Source of the DNA: Macrostomum lignano
Taxonomy: Eukaryota
Assembly (NCBI GenBank): GCA_002269645.1
Contig: NIVC01000067.1
Location: forward strand, 930,001 to 994,000
Direction of reading: 5' to 3'
Length of the DNA: 64,000 nt
The translations under genes were made by a program, and so were the position numbers. Positions 61,408 through 64,000 of this stretch are shown piece by piece (the stretch's first letter is position 1; each line of letters opens with the position of its first letter). Under the pieces are notes generated by a model. That model was not told the DNA's origin, did no database searches, and saw nothing but the letters and a program-made list of their open reading frames with translations.

Positions 61408-61727
61408 CTGAAGCACAACTCTTCCTTTACTTGTGCTTGTATTGTTTGCTGCAACAATGTATAAAAACAAACTTTTACTATTTCAGTCGCAGCAAGAATA
61501 AGTTTTCTCAAAATAGACTTAGGGCCGTATGCAGAAAGCTCTGTCTAGGGTAGTCCGGTCTTGAAAAGCTAGTCTGGACTTGGATTTGGTATTCAGAAAC
61601 GCAAAGTTAGACCGGTCTTCTATAGACAGAACTAGGGTAGCTGGACCATAGACCATAGACTGAACTACCCAAGCCCGGACTAGCTAGTCTGGACTAGGCT
61701 TTCTGCATACGGCCCTTAGACTCTCAC
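61408..61727 (-). other. Probable 5'-UTR intron of the APGWamide gene
   Basis: Donor GAAAG|gtgaga at 61727 and acceptor gtgcttcag| at 61408. Confidence 0.55.
61522..61715. mobile_element. PIF/Harbinger (Tourist-like) MITE, 194 bp
   Basis: 18-bp perfect TIRs GGGCCGTATGCAGAAAGC / GCTTTCTGCATACGGCCC, with TTA duplicated on both sides (61519-61521 and 61716-61718). Confidence 0.88.
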
Positions 61728-63537
61728 CTTTCCTTATTTACTTGCGGTAGAGCAGATTTGGGTTGATGAGAGTTCTTGGCCACTGTTCACTAAATGCCGG
61801 GGCTTTCAAGTCTGCAGTGTAGCGTGGGGAGAACAGTTGGCGAAATGCTCCAGCTTATTTATACTGGAAAGAGGGAGAGTTTCTTTGGAACTCAGCGTCG
61901 GAACTCGGATTCATCTGTTTCGAACCAGACTGTGTGTCGCCTGTCATAGCGGCTTGGCTTTAATCTTCATCTCGTTCCTGTTCTGTCAGCGGGGGTCCTT
62001 ACTCTTGGGATTTTGCGCGCCTTGCTTATCCTCTTATAGTCACTTTAAGATTCCTGCAGCCAATTCTTAAACATTTTCCGAGATTAAAAACGCCAAAAAG
62101 CAGATTAAGGATTAACAAACATGACTTTATGGGGAGTTTATTTAGTCATAATTAAACTCCAAACTCAAATTTGGCTGACAAATACCTGCCAAGGTTGTCG
62201 GATCAGTTTGACGTGCTGACCTCACCTACCGGCTAAGCCAGTGTCGCATGGAGCATGGAGCTGATGAATGTCTCTTCTTTTTTGGGCGCTAGTTCTTATC
62301 TAATCAAAGCATTGGCAAACTTGTCTCCTAAATTTAATGTTGGATTCATCCATGGCTGCCGCGCGTTTTAACACCGGATAGTTCTGTCTACGGATTTGAG
62401 TGCAGGACGTCTGTTCCTGCATCGCACAGCTTCCTTCACCCCGTTTAGGCGCAACTGCAAAACTCCGATACTATCGGCGATTCCTTTTGGATAATCGGAG
62501 CACTTTTTTGGCAGTATCGAACATCGGTATACTTTCGATATAATTTTTCATTTTTTACCGATGAGTCAGATAATGCGTTAAATTAAAAAGTTAACAGATG
62601 TTTTGTACGCGGTAAAAAGTTATTATGAAACAAGAAGGCATATTATTAAAATATTGGTAACATTATTACTGCCAGTGTCATTGACTCATTAAGTTATCAT
62701 TACAAAACCCTATGTATTTATCAATTATCATATTTCATGCTACAAGCTCTGCAACACTGTATGATTATCGAGAGGTCACGCTTCACACACAACTGCCATG
62801 GCGTCGAGGCCGGTAGGCCGGCAGTTGTGTGTGAAGCGTATCTCGATAGTGGAATTGTGTCTATTTTCGACCAAAAACCAATTCAAAACGGCTAGGACAC
62901 AACTTCCCAGACGGGAATTGTTCACTAATCGATTCAAGGGATTTGTGTCATAGGCATTTTCCACTTGGCGCAAGCCAAATGAAGGCCATAGACTAAACGT
63001 CTGGAACAAAAAGTTCAGCGGAGCAGCCTGAAATTATCATAGACGAAACATGTTAAATAAAGTTATGGTCTTATAAGCTGGAACCCTGCAGCAGAGGATA
63101 CATGTTTCTGTTTCCTCCGTTTGCCCTAACCTCTATTTATGCCACTCATACGAATGATAAATTGGTCGAATTTGCTGATTGAAAGCATTGACGGCTTGAA
63201 TGGAAATGAGGTCAACTTTCTCAGCGACTTGAGTATGGGTGGACGTGACGAGGCGGATGGCGAAGAGTTGATGGAGTTCATCCGATTCATTGAATGCGGT
63301 AACGATGATGCTCTGCCACCACTGCCAAGCAAAGAAGAGGCTTGCCCCGAGGATTCCATGCAGAACAAACCATGCAATTCGGCCGATGTGTGTAACGTCT
63401 AAAGACATTTCTTATATAAATAAGACATTTCTTATTATTTTTCTTTTCGTACATTTATACAATCTGTTTATTCAGCTTTGTTGTATTGAATAAAAAATAT
63501 CCTCGCAAACGCATTGATACAGGAATATACAGATTGC

Positions 63538-63946
63538 TCATCTGCAAATGGGTATATCCAAATATAACCCGTTGGGAATATCCAAAGATGGGGACGGCTT
63601 GACCATAGACAATCCGCAGATAAGCAATCTGTTGTATTCCTGTTTCGATGCCTGAAAGGCGCGCAAAAATTTACTTAGTTCACAATTTCCGTCGACGCAA
63701 TCGTTTGTGGCCCAAACGAAACTAGGCACAATGTCAGTCACTGATTGTAGATTGATTCTAAATGTTTTTTATTATCATACGAGAAAATTCTTTGAGTCCT
63801 TGAGCACGAGCATTTGCTTCAACTTGAGAATATTCTCCGAGTGCGAGCAAATCCTCAGCCACTTTAAACCATAGACAAGACGTCTTCCCACTTGATTCCA
63901 TTGACCTTTGCAGGCATCTGAAGCTTATACACCAATTATAGACTGG
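63538..63946 (-). CDS. Possible two exons of an unidentified gene (63946-63781 and 63740 to about 63538) separated by a 40-nt intron
   Basis: A long polypyrimidine tract precedes 63946. Donor C|gtatga at 63780 and acceptor aatcag|TG at 63741 join two open frames in phase 1. No recognised domain. Confidence 0.4.
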
Positions 63947-64000
63947 CTTGTGAGAAGGGAAACAGAAAGAGAAAGAAAAAGCAAGGCATTTCTTACAAGA

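Noticed and set aside
60682-61553. Alternative-frame repeat ORFs (ALTPSGS, YPIRERA, PHPGARL, SALPDGV)
   Set aside because: They are other frames of the 21-bp APGWGKR repeat; only one frame has a signal peptide, amidation Gly and dibasic sites.

Overview
This is eukaryotic (animal) genomic DNA: GC-rich exons set in AT-rich, minisatellite-laden introns and intergenic DNA. The style resembles a Macrostomum-like free-living flatworm, but that is inference and not provable from the sequence. Five protein-coding loci can be reconstructed by hand: TMTC3 O-mannosyltransferase (-, 5 exons, 17816-28281), a PTPN9/MEG2-type CRAL-TRIO plus tyrosine phosphatase (-, 4 exons, 34609-44520), a TTLL10-like tubulin glycylase (-, at least 3 exons, 46346-49550, 5' end unresolved), SOAT/ACAT sterol O-acyltransferase (+, 4 exons, 53486-57999) and an APGWamide neuropeptide precursor with 18 peptide copies (-, 60823-61404). 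A possible unidentified spliced gene lies at the right edge. Mobile DNA includes an apparently full-length RTE-type LINE inserted in a (CAT)n array, several tRNA-derived SINEs, PIF/Harbinger-like MITEs and a Gypsy RT relic. Highlights: (1) the LINE carries a 77-nt HDV-like ribozyme fold at its 5' end, then a short ORF with a 2A-like IEKNPGP motif that needs a -1 shift to reach APE-RT; (2) several intronic minisatellites are chains of sense-strand CAG|GT modules, making the PTPN9 intron 3 and most of SOAT intron 3 tandem GT..AG units; (3) the APGWamide precursor. Most long ORFs in the track are translations of tandem repeats. No CRISPR array, rRNA gene or intact tRNA gene was found.
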